Part shown: piece by piece, positions 1 through 9,538 of the stretch
Position numbering within the stretch: position 1 is the first letter of the stretch
Layout of the letters: every line of letters begins with the position of its first letter
From: Prevotella sp.
GTDB lineage: Bacteria; Bacteroidota; Bacteroidia; Bacteroidales; Bacteroidaceae
Assembly (NCBI GenBank): GCA_017417465.1
Contig: JAFPZD010000023.1
Span: 7,729 to 71,728 of the forward strand
Length of the DNA: 64,000 bases
Direction: 5' to 3'
Notes under the pieces: model-generated
The model's input: the letters and a program-made list of their open reading frames with translations, nothing else
Databases searched by the model: none
What the model was told of the DNA's origin: nothing
Made by a program: the position numbers and the translations under genes

Positions 1-68
1 TTTCTTGTTTTCTTTTGTTTACGGATGCAAAAGTAAGGAAATTATTTGAATTATCAAAAAAAAAACCT

Positions 69-76
69 TATCTTTG
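69..76 (+). promoter_or_regulatory. Bacteroidetes -7 promoter element TAnnTTTG (TATCTTTG)
   Basis: Consensus match just upstream of ATG at 99; a divergent copy lies at about 28-35. Confidence 0.6.
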
Positions 77-98
77 CCGCCCAAAAGCGAAAAAAGTG

Positions 99-1808
99 AT
101 GAAACGTCTCTATATCTTATTACTTTTCATGGTCGCCGTCTTGTGTTCAGGCGCCCAGACGACAGCCGTCAGCCTCGGTTACGGCATCGCCGACAACAAC
201 GCCCTACCCTCGCCCAAATATGAGGTGCGGGCCGCCTGGCTTGCCACTATCGGCGGCATCGACTGGCCACGCACCATGGGGGCCAGCCAGCAGAAGGCCG
301 AGCTCACCCAGCTATTAGAACAGCTGCGACAGGCAGGCATCAACACCATATTATTTCAAGCACGCGTGCGCGCGACCACCCTCTACCCCTCGAAATACGA
401 ACCTTGGGAGGGCACGCTGACGGGCACCCCAGGACAGTCGCCTGGCTACGATCCCCTGCAGTGGGCTGTCAGCGAGTGCCACCGTTTAGGCATGGAGTGC
501 CACGCCTGGGTCGTCACGCTGCCCGTCGGCGGTTGGCAGAAGATTGGTTGCCAGCAGCTGCGACGTAACTACAGTAAGCAACTGCGGCGCATCGGCGAAA
601 ATGGCTTCATGTCGCCCGAGGCTGGTGCCACTGGCGACTATCTGGCCATGATCTGCCGTGAGATTACGCAGGGCTACGACATCGACGGCATCCACCTGGA
701 CTACATTCGTTACCCCGACGGATGGCCGAAGGCCAAGAACGCACAGGAAACGGCACGCCGCCGCCAGTACATCACTGGCATTGTGCGCAAGATTCATCAG
801 GCAGTGAAGGGCACCAAGCCCTGGGTGAAGCTGAGCTGCTCGCCCGTGGGCAAGTATGACGACCTGACGCGTTACCGCAGTAGTGGCTGGAACGCACGCA
901 CCACCGTGGCACAGGATGCCCAGGCCTGGGTGCGTGAAGGACTGATGGACCAGCTCTATCCGATGATCTACTTCCAAGGCAACAACTTCTATCCCTTTGC
1001 CATCGACTGGCAGGAGCAAAGTGCCGGGCGGACCATCGGTGCCGGACTGGGCATCTACTTCCTCGACCCTCGCGAGGGGCGCTGGACGCTGCGTGAGGTG
1101 GAACGCCAGATGAACGTGCTGCGACAGGCAGGGCTGGGCCACTGCTACTTCCGCGCCCGCTTCCTCACTGACAACACGAAAGGCATCTATGATTTTGCGA
1201 AGCGCTTCGACGCCGTTCCTGCTCTGGTGCCACCAATGACATGGAGCGGCATGCCTGCGCCCGAGGCACCCGCCACCCTGACGCTGCGCGACGGACAGTT
1301 GACATGGTCGGCCGCCAGAGACGCGAGCGGTGCCCCTGGCCTCGTCTATAACCTCTATGCCAGCGACACCTACCCTGTCGACATCAGTCGTGCCGACCAC
1401 ATCGTAGCTACCCACCTGCGACAGACGCAGCTCGCCGTGGCTCCCACCAAATACTACGCCGTCACGGCCATGAACCGCTACGGCCTTGAGAGCGAGGCTC
1501 GCCAGCTAAGTCTCCCCACGAAGCCAAGTGCGTCAGCCCTTCACCCTCAGAGCCTAGCCCCCCGCCGCTCTTCCCTCCCCATCATTGGCGAGAGCAATGG
1601 AAGTCCGCTGCGTGTGCCTCGTTGCGACCCTGCCTCTGACGCCTACATCCTTGTGGTGAAGAACCTCATGGGACAAACCGTCACACGTCGCTACTACACT
1701 GCCGAGATGAGCGTGCGCAACCTCCCCGACGGTGTCTACCAGCTCTACTCGCTCGACCGTCGTGGCCGTCAGCACCGCCTCGGCTTCTTCGGTGTCAAGC
1801 GTCGTTAG
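99..1808 (+). CDS. Glycosyl hydrolase-like 10 (YddW/DUF187) family protein with Fn3-like region and probable T9SS C-terminal tail
   Basis: EVRAAWL...IDWP, INTILFQAR, DGIHLDYIRYP motifs; signal peptide MKRLYILLLF; start moved to ATG 99. Confidence 0.8.
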   Translation: MKRLYILLLFMVAVLCSGAQTTAVSLGYGIADNNALPSPKYEVRAAWLATIGGIDWPRTMGASQQKAELTQLLEQLRQAGINTILFQARVRATTLYPSKYEPWEGTLTGTPGQSPGYDPLQWAVSECHRLGMECHAWVVTLPVGGWQKIGCQQLRRNYSKQLRRIGENGFMSPEAGATGDYLAMICREITQGYDIDGIHLDYIRYPDGWPKAKNAQETARRRQYITGIVRKIHQAVKGTKPWVKLSCSPVGKYDDLTRYRSSGWNARTTVAQDAQAWVREGLMDQLYPMIYFQGNNFYPFAIDWQEQSAGRTIGAGLGIYFLDPREGRWTLREVERQMNVLRQAGLGHCYFRARFLTDNTKGIYDFAKRFDAVPALVPPMTWSGMPAPEAPATLTLRDGQLTWSAARDASGAPGLVYNLYASDTYPVDISRADHIVATHLRQTQLAVAPTKYYAVTAMNRYGLESEARQLSLPTKPSASALHPQSLAPRRSSLPIIGESNGSPLRVPRCDPASDAYILVVKNLMGQTVTRRYYTAEMSVRNLPDGVYQLYSLDRRGRQHRLGFFGVKRR

Positions 1809-2045
1809 GGCGGGGGGGCGAGGATTCGGGGGTACGGGGGTGCGGGGATACGGGGGTGCGAGATTAGACTCTACCCTTGATTTCATGCGCCAAGACTATC
1901 CTCGTACTCCCGAAACAAAACTATCCTCGTACCTCCGCACCCACGCACCCTCGAACCCCCGAATCACCGTACCCCCGAACTCCCGAACCTCCGTACCCCC
2001 GAACCTCCGAATCCCCGAACCTCCGAACCCCCGAACCCCCGAATC
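1809..2045. repeat. Inverted-arm microsatellite element (GGGGTRCG arm / CCCCGAAC arm)
   Basis: G-rich 8-mer array, short core, then complementary C-rich 8-mer array. Confidence 0.85.
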
Positions 2046-2083
2046 GTAATTTTTCACTCTTCACTTATCACTCTACACTTCCC

Positions 2084-3148
2084 ATGCGCCCCATCACCTT
2101 CGACTCTTTCGTACGCGGCATCCTTACCTTGGCCGTAGCCGCAGGCCTGCTATGGTTGCTGAACCGCCTGAGCGGCGTGCTACTGCCTTTCTTCTTGGCA
2201 TGGCTTATCGCCTACCTGCTGTTCCCGCTTGTAAAGTTCTACCAGTACCGCTGTCGCCTGAAATACAGGGTATTGGCCATCATTGCCGCCATTCTTTCAG
2301 TCTCGGCCGTCATCGCGCTGCTGCTATGGCTCATGATTCCGCCTATCATTGAGGAGGGACTGCGGGCTAAAGACATGCTCGTCGCCTATTTTGAGCATAA
2401 CATCACTCAAAGCAACATCCCCGACATGGTGGGAGAGTTTCTCCACGACCATTTTAGCGCCGAGGAGATCAAGGCGCTGGTGACGCAGGACGGCTTCATT
2501 CAAAGCATGAAAGAGGCCTTACCGAAGGTGTGGGCTGTCATATCGCAGAGCATCGGCGTCGTCTCGAGTTTCTTCACCGTGACGATGATCCTGCTCTATA
2601 CTATTTTCATTCTTCTCGACTACGAGAAGTTCTCCAAAGGCTGGGCCGACCTGTTGCCCGACCGTTACCGCAGCAAAGTCCAGAAGCTTGTCGGCGACAT
2701 TGAGGAAGGCATGAACAAGTACTTCCGCGGCCAGGCCATCGTCGCCTTCTGCGTCGGCGTGCTCTTCAGCATCGGCTTCCTCATCATCGACTTCCCCATG
2801 GCCATCGGTCTCGGCATGTTCATCGGTCTGCTTAACATGGTGCCTTACCTCCAGCTGGTAGGCTTCGTGCCCACCATACTGCTCGCCATCGTCAAAGCTG
2901 CCGACACGGGTCAGAACTTCTGGCTCATCATGCTGATGGCACTCCTCGTCTTCGCCGTTGTACAACTCATCCAGGACGCGTTCCTCACACCGAAAATCAT
3001 GGGACATGTCACTGGCCTCAACTCAGCCATCATCCTCCTCTCGCTCTCCATCTGGGGCTCCCTGCTCGGCATGCTCGGCATGGTCATCGCCCTGCCACTC
3101 ACCACTCTCCTACTGAACTACTATCAGAAGTACGTGATAAAGAAATAG
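2084..3148 (+). CDS. AI-2E (PerM) family transporter
   Basis: Multiple TM helices; YFRGQ, LNMVPY, LTPKIMG, LGMVIALP motifs; the longer ORF start is repeat-derived. Confidence 0.9.
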   Translation: MRPITFDSFVRGILTLAVAAGLLWLLNRLSGVLLPFFLAWLIAYLLFPLVKFYQYRCRLKYRVLAIIAAILSVSAVIALLLWLMIPPIIEEGLRAKDMLVAYFEHNITQSNIPDMVGEFLHDHFSAEEIKALVTQDGFIQSMKEALPKVWAVISQSIGVVSSFFTVTMILLYTIFILLDYEKFSKGWADLLPDRYRSKVQKLVGDIEEGMNKYFRGQAIVAFCVGVLFSIGFLIIDFPMAIGLGMFIGLLNMVPYLQLVGFVPTILLAIVKAADTGQNFWLIMLMALLVFAVVQLIQDAFLTPKIMGHVTGLNSAIILLSLSIWGSLLGMLGMVIALPLTTLLLNYYQKYVIKK

Positions 3149-3240
3149 GTGGTGCCGACTGCGATGTCGTTGCAGGAAAAAAGTTCTGTAGGAGGGGGAT
3201 AAGTTACTTTGATTCAAGTTCCGCAAGCTATGGAAACTAT

Positions 3241-3330
3241 GCGCAGCCAGCCCCGTAGGGGCATGACAGTGGTAGCCAGCCATTTGAATGGCTGGCTACC
3301 ACTGTCTGATGCCTACGGCATCGGCTGCGC
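3241..3330. repeat. Long REP-like hairpin between convergent genes
   Basis: Perfect 20-bp stem GACAGTGGTAGCCAGCCATT/AATGGCTGGCTACCACTGTC, with outer GCGCAGCC/GGCTGCGC. Confidence 0.8.
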
Positions 3331-3349
3331 AGAACTTGCGGAACTTGAA

Positions 3350-5071
3350 TTACTTTGAATATTTCTCAATGAGTTCGTCGGCCTGCGGGTCGCCGAGCTC
3401 TTTGGCGCGCTGCAGGTTCGTTGCGCCCTCAGTCTTCTTACCAGTGAGGCACTGTGCCAGACCAAGGAACAGGTAGCCATCGCTATGGTCAGGAGCGAGG
3501 GCGACGAGCTGCTGCGCCGTGCCGATGGCATCCTCGTAGAGCCCCACACGCACCTGCAACGATGCCTGTTCAGACAGGTAAAGCTCCGACTGCGGGTTCA
3601 GCTGCACGGCCTGAGCAATGTCGTTCAGCGCCTGTTGGAACAGTCGTCCGCCTAACTCAGCCTGATAGCGCAGGTAGTAGAAGCCATCCGAGAGCTGTGC
3701 CTTCATCAGTTCTCCATAGTCGTTCAGGTCGTTGACGGCCTGACGGTGCTCACCAGCATCCATGCGGGCTTCGGCACGCGCCAGAATGAAAGGTGCGGCC
3801 TCCTTCAGCAGTGGCCGCGAGAAGCACGCCACGCAACTGTCGAGAAGTGCCAACTGACCCACTGTGTCGCCAGCAAGCACACGACAGCGCGAGGCTTCAT
3901 AGAACAGCTCGGGCGAGCGTAGCGGCGACTGGAACAGCTCGGCATAGATGGCTGAGGCGTCGTCGTAGTGCTTCTCGGCAGCCAGCACGTAGGCCTGCTG
4001 CTGACGGTAGATGGGCAGCGGGTTCGCAGCGTAAGCCGCCTCTGCCTCCTGCTGAGCCCGCTGGAAGTTCCACGCCTCGTAGTCAACGGGCTTTGCAGCG
4101 GTGAGTGCTGCCAGCATCAGGCGCGACCACGTATAGTGCACCTCGTCGGCCTTTCCCAAAGCCTCAGCACGCTGCAGTGCCTCGGTCAGCGCGTGGTCAC
4201 AGTCAGCAAAGTTTCCACCGCCGAAGGCCTGTTGAGCACGGTAGACATAGCCCTCGTGGCTCTGTGGGAACTGCGCAACATAGTCGTCGACAAGCTGGGC
4301 GTAGGCGGCAGAGTCAAGGGTCGAACCAGCCACGTAGAGCGTCAGCTGTGCCTGACTCTCGTCGCTGGGCAGAGCCTTGCGGATGTTGATGGCCTTGAGC
4401 GCAGGGTCGTTGATACTCAGCCCCATGGTCCGCAGACTGTCGGCAAAGCAAGCACTGACGGCATAAAGCAGTGTGTCGGCAGGGCCCTGCGACGGCTGCA
4501 GCAGTGCCACCACCTCGCCGTTGGCATTCAGGACAGGCGTTCCCTCCACCATCTGCCCACTGGACGAGGCTTTAAGCGTGTAGTAGGTATAATCGGAATT
4601 AAAAGTCTCGGTCTTGCGGACGACGGGCGACGGCAGGCTCTTCGTCTCACGGTAGGGCAACAGCCACAGCGAAGTGCCGACGGGCTGGGCCTGGGCAGTC
4701 ACGGTGAGCGGCTGCACCTTCTTGGCATCAGCGATGCGGACCTTACAGACGTCGTAGGTCTCGTTGGCGCCGAGCACACAGGCCACAGGCCACTCCTTGC
4801 CCGAAGCATCGATGACCACAGCGCGCGAGGCACCACGGAACAAGCCGTAGCTGCTCACCACGTCGCCCCCCTCACTGACGAACACGCCGTTGGCACTACC
4901 CAGGAGCGTGCCATTGTCATCGAAGGTCTTCACGGTCACCACGCTCTTCGTGGCTTTCTTCACCCATCCGGGCTGCGCCAGGGCAGGGGAAAAATGAAAG
5001 ATTAAAAATGAAAGACTAAAAATGAAGAACGACAAACCTGTCACCTTACTTTTTCTTATTATTGTAGCCAT
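3350..5071 (-). CDS. Secreted trypsin-like-domain plus TPR protein, probably catalytically inactive
   Basis: KSVVTVKTF...GVFVSEGG trypsin-2-like N-terminus, C-terminal TPRs; no His or GxSG catalytic motif visible. Confidence 0.75.
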   Translation of the reverse strand: MATIIRKSKVTGLSFFIFSLSFLIFHFSPALAQPGWVKKATKSVVTVKTFDDNGTLLGSANGVFVSEGGDVVSSYGLFRGASRAVVIDASGKEWPVACVLGANETYDVCKVRIADAKKVQPLTVTAQAQPVGTSLWLLPYRETKSLPSPVVRKTETFNSDYTYYTLKASSSGQMVEGTPVLNANGEVVALLQPSQGPADTLLYAVSACFADSLRTMGLSINDPALKAINIRKALPSDESQAQLTLYVAGSTLDSAAYAQLVDDYVAQFPQSHEGYVYRAQQAFGGGNFADCDHALTEALQRAEALGKADEVHYTWSRLMLAALTAAKPVDYEAWNFQRAQQEAEAAYAANPLPIYRQQQAYVLAAEKHYDDASAIYAELFQSPLRSPELFYEASRCRVLAGDTVGQLALLDSCVACFSRPLLKEAAPFILARAEARMDAGEHRQAVNDLNDYGELMKAQLSDGFYYLRYQAELGGRLFQQALNDIAQAVQLNPQSELYLSEQASLQVRVGLYEDAIGTAQQLVALAPDHSDGYLFLGLAQCLTGKKTEGATNLQRAKELGDPQADELIEKYSK

Positions 5072-5135
5072 ACGTATTCTCAATTCCATTCCTATTTTGT
5101 TGTGCAATCTATTATCAAATCTCAAACCTCAAATC

Positions 5136-6806
5136 TCAAACCTCCAGCCTCAAATCCAACAGCTGTTTCGCATTCTCGATGGCCGCCTCGCTCACAGCGC
5201 TGCCACTGAGCATCTGGGCAAGCTCCGTCACACGCTCGTCGGGCGCCAGCTGCAGCATGCGGGTGGTGGTGCCCTGCGGCGTCTCTTCCTTGTACACCTT
5301 ATAGTGGGTGGAGCCCATCGCGGCAATCTGCGGCAGGTGCGTGATACTGATTACTTGGCGTCCGCCCTGCCCCATCTGGGCCATCATCCGTGCCATCTGC
5401 TCGGCAATCTTGCCACTGACACCCGTGTCGATCTCGTCAAAGATGATGGTCGGCAGCTTGACGGCTCCGCTTATCATGGCTTTCACGGCCAGCATCACGC
5501 GGGCTATCTCGCCGCCCGAGGCGACCTGCGACACAGGCTGCAAAGGTGACGACGTATTGGCTGAGAAAAGGAACGACACGTGGTCCTGACCAGTGCCCGT
5601 CAGCTCACCCCGCTCCACATGCACCTCGAAACGAACGTTGGGCATGCCCAGCGGCACCAAGCGCTCGCGCAGTTGTTGTTCTATGTTCTTAGCGGCCTGC
5701 GCGCGCTGCTGGCTGAGGCTGTCGGCCGCTTCCTGGCAGGCAGTCAGTGCTGCCGCAGCCCGACTGTTGAGCTCGGCCAAGCACGCGTCGCTATTCTCGA
5801 TGTTCGAGAGCTTCTGCTCGAGACTGTCGCGCTGCTCAATGAGCGCAGCGACGGTCTCTACACGATACTTCTTCTGCAAGTCATAGAGGCGGTCGAGGCG
5901 CACATTCACCTGTTCCAGTTCAGCAGGATCGAAGTCGATGTCCTCTGTACGGGCGTTCACCTCGGCAGCAACATCCTTCAGCTCGATATAGCTGCTCTCC
6001 AGACGCTGCGCCAACTCGGCCACATCGGGATAGACATGCTCCACCCCCTTCAGGGCGGCAGCTGCCAGACGCAGCTGGCTCACGATGCCACCATCGTCGG
6101 TCTCCAGAGCACCACCGGCCGTGTAAAGCGCCTGCTTGATGTCCTCAGCATGGGTCATCGTCTCACTGCGTTGCTCCAGCTCTTCCTGTTCGCCATCGAC
6201 AAGGCGGGCGGCCTGCAGCTCATCGAACTGGAACTGCAGGAATTCGGCTTGCTGACGGTTACGCGCAATCTCCTCCTCCATGTCGGCTACCTGCCGACGC
6301 AGCGACTGGTAGTCGGCAAAACGCTGGCGAAAGGTCTCTAACGCCTCGCCATCGCCAGCAATCAGGTCCACCACGCTCAGCTGGAAGTCGTGCTTGCCCA
6401 ACAGCAGGTTCTGGTGCTGCGAGTGGATGTCCACCAGGCGTTCGCCCAGCTCCCTCAGCACGGTCAGGGCCACAGGGGTGTCGTTGACGAAGGCACGGCT
6501 CTTGCCAGCGGCCGTCAACTCACGGCGGATGATGGTGTCTTCGGCGTCAGGCTCTATCTCGTTCTGCTCAAAGAAGTCGCCCATGTCGTAATGCGACAAG
6601 TCGAAGTGGGCCTCGATGACACACTTGTCGGCTCCCTGCTTCAGCGTCTTGGCGTCGGCACGCTGTCCCAGCAGCAGGCCGATGGCCCCGAGGATGATGC
6701 TCTTGCCAGCACCTGTCTCGCCCGTGATGACCGAGAAGCCTGGCTCGAACAGCATGTCAAGCTCGTCGATGAGTGCGAAATTGCGTATATATAGTTGTCG
6801 TAGCAT
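5136..6806 (-). CDS. recN: DNA repair protein RecN
   Basis: ITGETGAGKS Walker A, ASGGE signature, IFDEIDTGVSG, ITHLPQIA. Confidence 0.97.
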   Translation of the reverse strand: MLRQLYIRNFALIDELDMLFEPGFSVITGETGAGKSIILGAIGLLLGQRADAKTLKQGADKCVIEAHFDLSHYDMGDFFEQNEIEPDAEDTIIRRELTAAGKSRAFVNDTPVALTVLRELGERLVDIHSQHQNLLLGKHDFQLSVVDLIAGDGEALETFRQRFADYQSLRRQVADMEEEIARNRQQAEFLQFQFDELQAARLVDGEQEELEQRSETMTHAEDIKQALYTAGGALETDDGGIVSQLRLAAAALKGVEHVYPDVAELAQRLESSYIELKDVAAEVNARTEDIDFDPAELEQVNVRLDRLYDLQKKYRVETVAALIEQRDSLEQKLSNIENSDACLAELNSRAAAALTACQEAADSLSQQRAQAAKNIEQQLRERLVPLGMPNVRFEVHVERGELTGTGQDHVSFLFSANTSSPLQPVSQVASGGEIARVMLAVKAMISGAVKLPTIIFDEIDTGVSGKIAEQMARMMAQMGQGGRQVISITHLPQIAAMGSTHYKVYKEETPQGTTTRMLQLAPDERVTELAQMLSGSAVSEAAIENAKQLLDLRLEV

Positions 6807-6810
6807 CTAT

Positions 6811-6925
6811 AAGATGAAAGATTAAAGATGAAAAATGAAAGATTAAAAATTTGCGGCTGCAAAGGTACGCTTTTTTAGGGAGTTAAAGCAGTTAAGGGAG
6901 TTAAAGGGAGTTAAAGGACGGTAGT
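6811..6925. repeat. ATGAAAG 7-mer array and GGAGTTAAAG array flanking the recN promoter (CAAAGGTA at 6860-6867, minus strand)
   Basis: Tandem units read directly from the sequence. Confidence 0.75.
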
Positions 6926-6996
6926 TTTGCCCGTAATTTCGTAATTTTGCAGCTGAATTGTGGCGTAAGCCAATTCGCGAAATCGGAAATAGCCTT

Positions 6997-7806
6997 ATGA
7001 CCATTGTTGAAATCACATCACTACAGGAGCCTGGTGTGCTACCGTTCAGCGCACTCACCGAGGCTCAGCTGCGCAACCGCCTGGACCCCGCCAAGGGCAT
7101 CTTCATCGCCGAGAGCCCAAAGGTCATTGCCGTGGCCCTCGATGCGGGCTACGAGCCAGTGAGCCTGCTCTGCGAGCGGCGACACATCGAGGGCGATGCG
7201 GCCGCCATCATCAGCCGCCTTGGCGCCGACGTGCCCATCTACACTGGCGACCGCCAGCTGTTGGCCGCGCTGACGGGCTACACGCTGACACGCGGCGTGC
7301 TCTGCGCCATGCGGCGCCCACAGCCACTCACGGCTGAGGAGGTGTGCCGAGATGCCCACCGTGTCGTCGTCATCGACGCCGTGAGCGACACCACCAACAT
7401 TGGTGCCATCTTCCGCTCGGCAGCAGCCCTCGGCATCGACGCCGTACTGCTGACGACCGACGCCTGCGACCCACTGAACCGCCGTGCCGTGCGTGTCTCA
7501 ATGGGGTCGGTGTTCCTCGTGCCATGGGCATGGCTCGACGGCAGCACGCCTATCCGTCAGCAGCTCAACAACTTAGGGTTCCGAACGGCAGCGATGGCCC
7601 TGAGCGACGACTCCATCGCTCTTGACGATCCACGGTTGAAAGCCGAGCCACGACTGGCCCTCATCATGGGCACCGAGGGCGACGGCCTGCCCCACACAGT
7701 CATCACCGATAGCGACTACGTGGTGCGCATACCCATGCACCACAGCGTCGACTCGCTCAACGTGGCTGCCGCTGCCGCCGTCGCCTTCTGGGAACTGAGA
7801 AGATGA
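6997..7806 (+). CDS. TrmH/SpoU family RNA methyltransferase
   Basis: NIGAIFRSAAALG, MGTEGDGL, IPM...DSLNVAAAAA SPOUT motifs. Confidence 0.93.
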   Translation: MTIVEITSLQEPGVLPFSALTEAQLRNRLDPAKGIFIAESPKVIAVALDAGYEPVSLLCERRHIEGDAAAIISRLGADVPIYTGDRQLLAALTGYTLTRGVLCAMRRPQPLTAEEVCRDAHRVVVIDAVSDTTNIGAIFRSAAALGIDAVLLTTDACDPLNRRAVRVSMGSVFLVPWAWLDGSTPIRQQLNNLGFRTAAMALSDDSIALDDPRLKAEPRLALIMGTEGDGLPHTVITDSDYVVRIPMHHSVDSLNVAAAAAVAFWELRR

Positions 7807-7866
7807 AACATGAAAGATGAAAGATGAAAGATGAAAAATGAAAAATGAAAAATGAGAATATGAAAG
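7801..7866. repeat. (ATGAAAR)n 7-mer array spanning one stop codon and the next start codon
   Basis: About nine degenerate units seen directly. Confidence 0.85.
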
Positions 7867-9500
7867 CAAGAACAACAATAACAGCAGCTGTGCTGACCAT
7901 TGCCATGACAGCTACCGCACAGCACATCGACGAGACGGGTATCGCGGCCACTTCTGAGCGCACGCCCCTCTCATGTACCAGCATCATGGTCGGCCGTCTG
8001 GCCTCTGCCGATGGCTCGGTGATGACCTCTCACACCTGTGACTCTTGGTATCGCACCTGGATGCGCATGGTGCCCGCCCACGACTACGAGCGCGACACTG
8101 TGACCGCCATCTACGACGGTCGCATGCACACACAGACGCCCCAGGACAGCACGAAGGTTCACCTCAAAGGCCTGATCCCGCAGGTACGACACACGCTGCG
8201 CTACCTCGACACGGCCTACCCCTGCCTGAACGAACGGCAGCTCGCCATCGGCGAGACCACCATCTCAGGCCGCGACACGCTGCGCAACCCTAAGGGCATG
8301 TTCATGGTCGAGGAACTGGAGCGCATCGCCCTCGAGCGCTGCTCAACGGCCCGCGAAGCCATCCAGCTCATGGGACAGCTCATCCGTGACTACGGCTACG
8401 GCGACAGCGGCGAGTGCCTGACGATTGCCGACAAGAACGAGGTGTGGATCTTTGAAGTGTTTGGCGAAGGCCCCGACCGCATCGGCGGCGTGTGGGCTGC
8501 CGTCCGCATCCCTGACGACGAGATTGCCGTCTCGGCCAACATCTCGCGCATCGGCACGCTGAACCTCAAGGACCGCAACCGCTACATGGCCTCTGACAAC
8601 ATCTTCGACGTGGCCCGCCGACTCGGGCTTTGGGACGGTAAAGAGGCGTTCTGCTTCTGGCGCGTGTACAGTGGCGGTAACTACTTTAACGAGAAGAAGA
8701 ACTATAGCGTGCGCGAACATTTCATTATGGATGCCCTCGCACCGTCGCTCCATCTCTGCGACACCGTCGAGGAGCTGCCCCTGAGCGTCAAGCCCGACCG
8801 CAAGGTCAGCGCCGAAGAGGTGATGCGACTGCTCGGCAGCTACTACGAGGGTACCGACAAGAACCTCAGCGGGCGTAATAAGATAGCGAACCCCAAGCGC
8901 AAGGACAAGGACGGCAAACTGGTTGAAAACGAGCCAGACAGCATCGTCTCGCCCTTCGCCAACCCGTGGATGCGCCCTGACGAGATCAACCTCTACTACG
9001 CCAAGGGCGACTCCGTGATGAAGAACATCCGCACGGTCAGCGTGTCGTGGTGTGCCTACAGCACCGTCATCCAGCTGCGCTCGTGGCTGCCCGACGAGGT
9101 GGGCGGCGTGGCGTGGATATGCCTCGACAACCCTGGCGAGAGCCCTCGCTTCCCCATCTTCAGCGGTAACACGGAGCTGCCACAGCTGCTCGAGGTCTGC
9201 GGACAGCATGTCGACCGCGACGATGCCGCCCTATGGCACTACCGCAAGGCCAACCGGCTGGCCACCGTCCGCTGGGGCACCTATCGCAAGACGCTGGAGC
9301 CCCTGCGCGACTACTTCATCGCGAAGGGACAGCGCGAGCTGCCCTTCGTAGAGCAGACATGGCAGCAGCTCCACAACGACGATCCCAAGAAGGCCGAGCA
9401 GATGCTCAACGGCTATACCGCCGACTTCTTCGGCGCCACCATCCAGCGCTGGGACGAGATGGCTCGCAAGCTTTGGCGCCAGACATGGGCCGGCTTCTAA
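7860..9500 (+). CDS. C69 family dipeptidase
   Basis: Signal peptide; N-terminal nucleophile CTSIMVG...SADGS; LNERQLAIGETT; ALERCSTAREAI. Confidence 0.9.
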   Translation: MKARTTITAAVLTIAMTATAQHIDETGIAATSERTPLSCTSIMVGRLASADGSVMTSHTCDSWYRTWMRMVPAHDYERDTVTAIYDGRMHTQTPQDSTKVHLKGLIPQVRHTLRYLDTAYPCLNERQLAIGETTISGRDTLRNPKGMFMVEELERIALERCSTAREAIQLMGQLIRDYGYGDSGECLTIADKNEVWIFEVFGEGPDRIGGVWAAVRIPDDEIAVSANISRIGTLNLKDRNRYMASDNIFDVARRLGLWDGKEAFCFWRVYSGGNYFNEKKNYSVREHFIMDALAPSLHLCDTVEELPLSVKPDRKVSAEEVMRLLGSYYEGTDKNLSGRNKIANPKRKDKDGKLVENEPDSIVSPFANPWMRPDEINLYYAKGDSVMKNIRTVSVSWCAYSTVIQLRSWLPDEVGGVAWICLDNPGESPRFPIFSGNTELPQLLEVCGQHVDRDDAALWHYRKANRLATVRWGTYRKTLEPLRDYFIAKGQRELPFVEQTWQQLHNDDPKKAEQMLNGYTADFFGATIQRWDEMARKLWRQTWAGF

Positions 9501-9538
9501 CCATCCCCTTTACCAACAAAGGAACCGACCACGAACAG

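Noticed and set aside
1554-2083. Pro/Arg-rich ORFs and the N-terminal extension of the AI-2E gene
   Set aside because: Translations of the microsatellite arms; the same applies to extensions at 27786-27884 and 44744-44908
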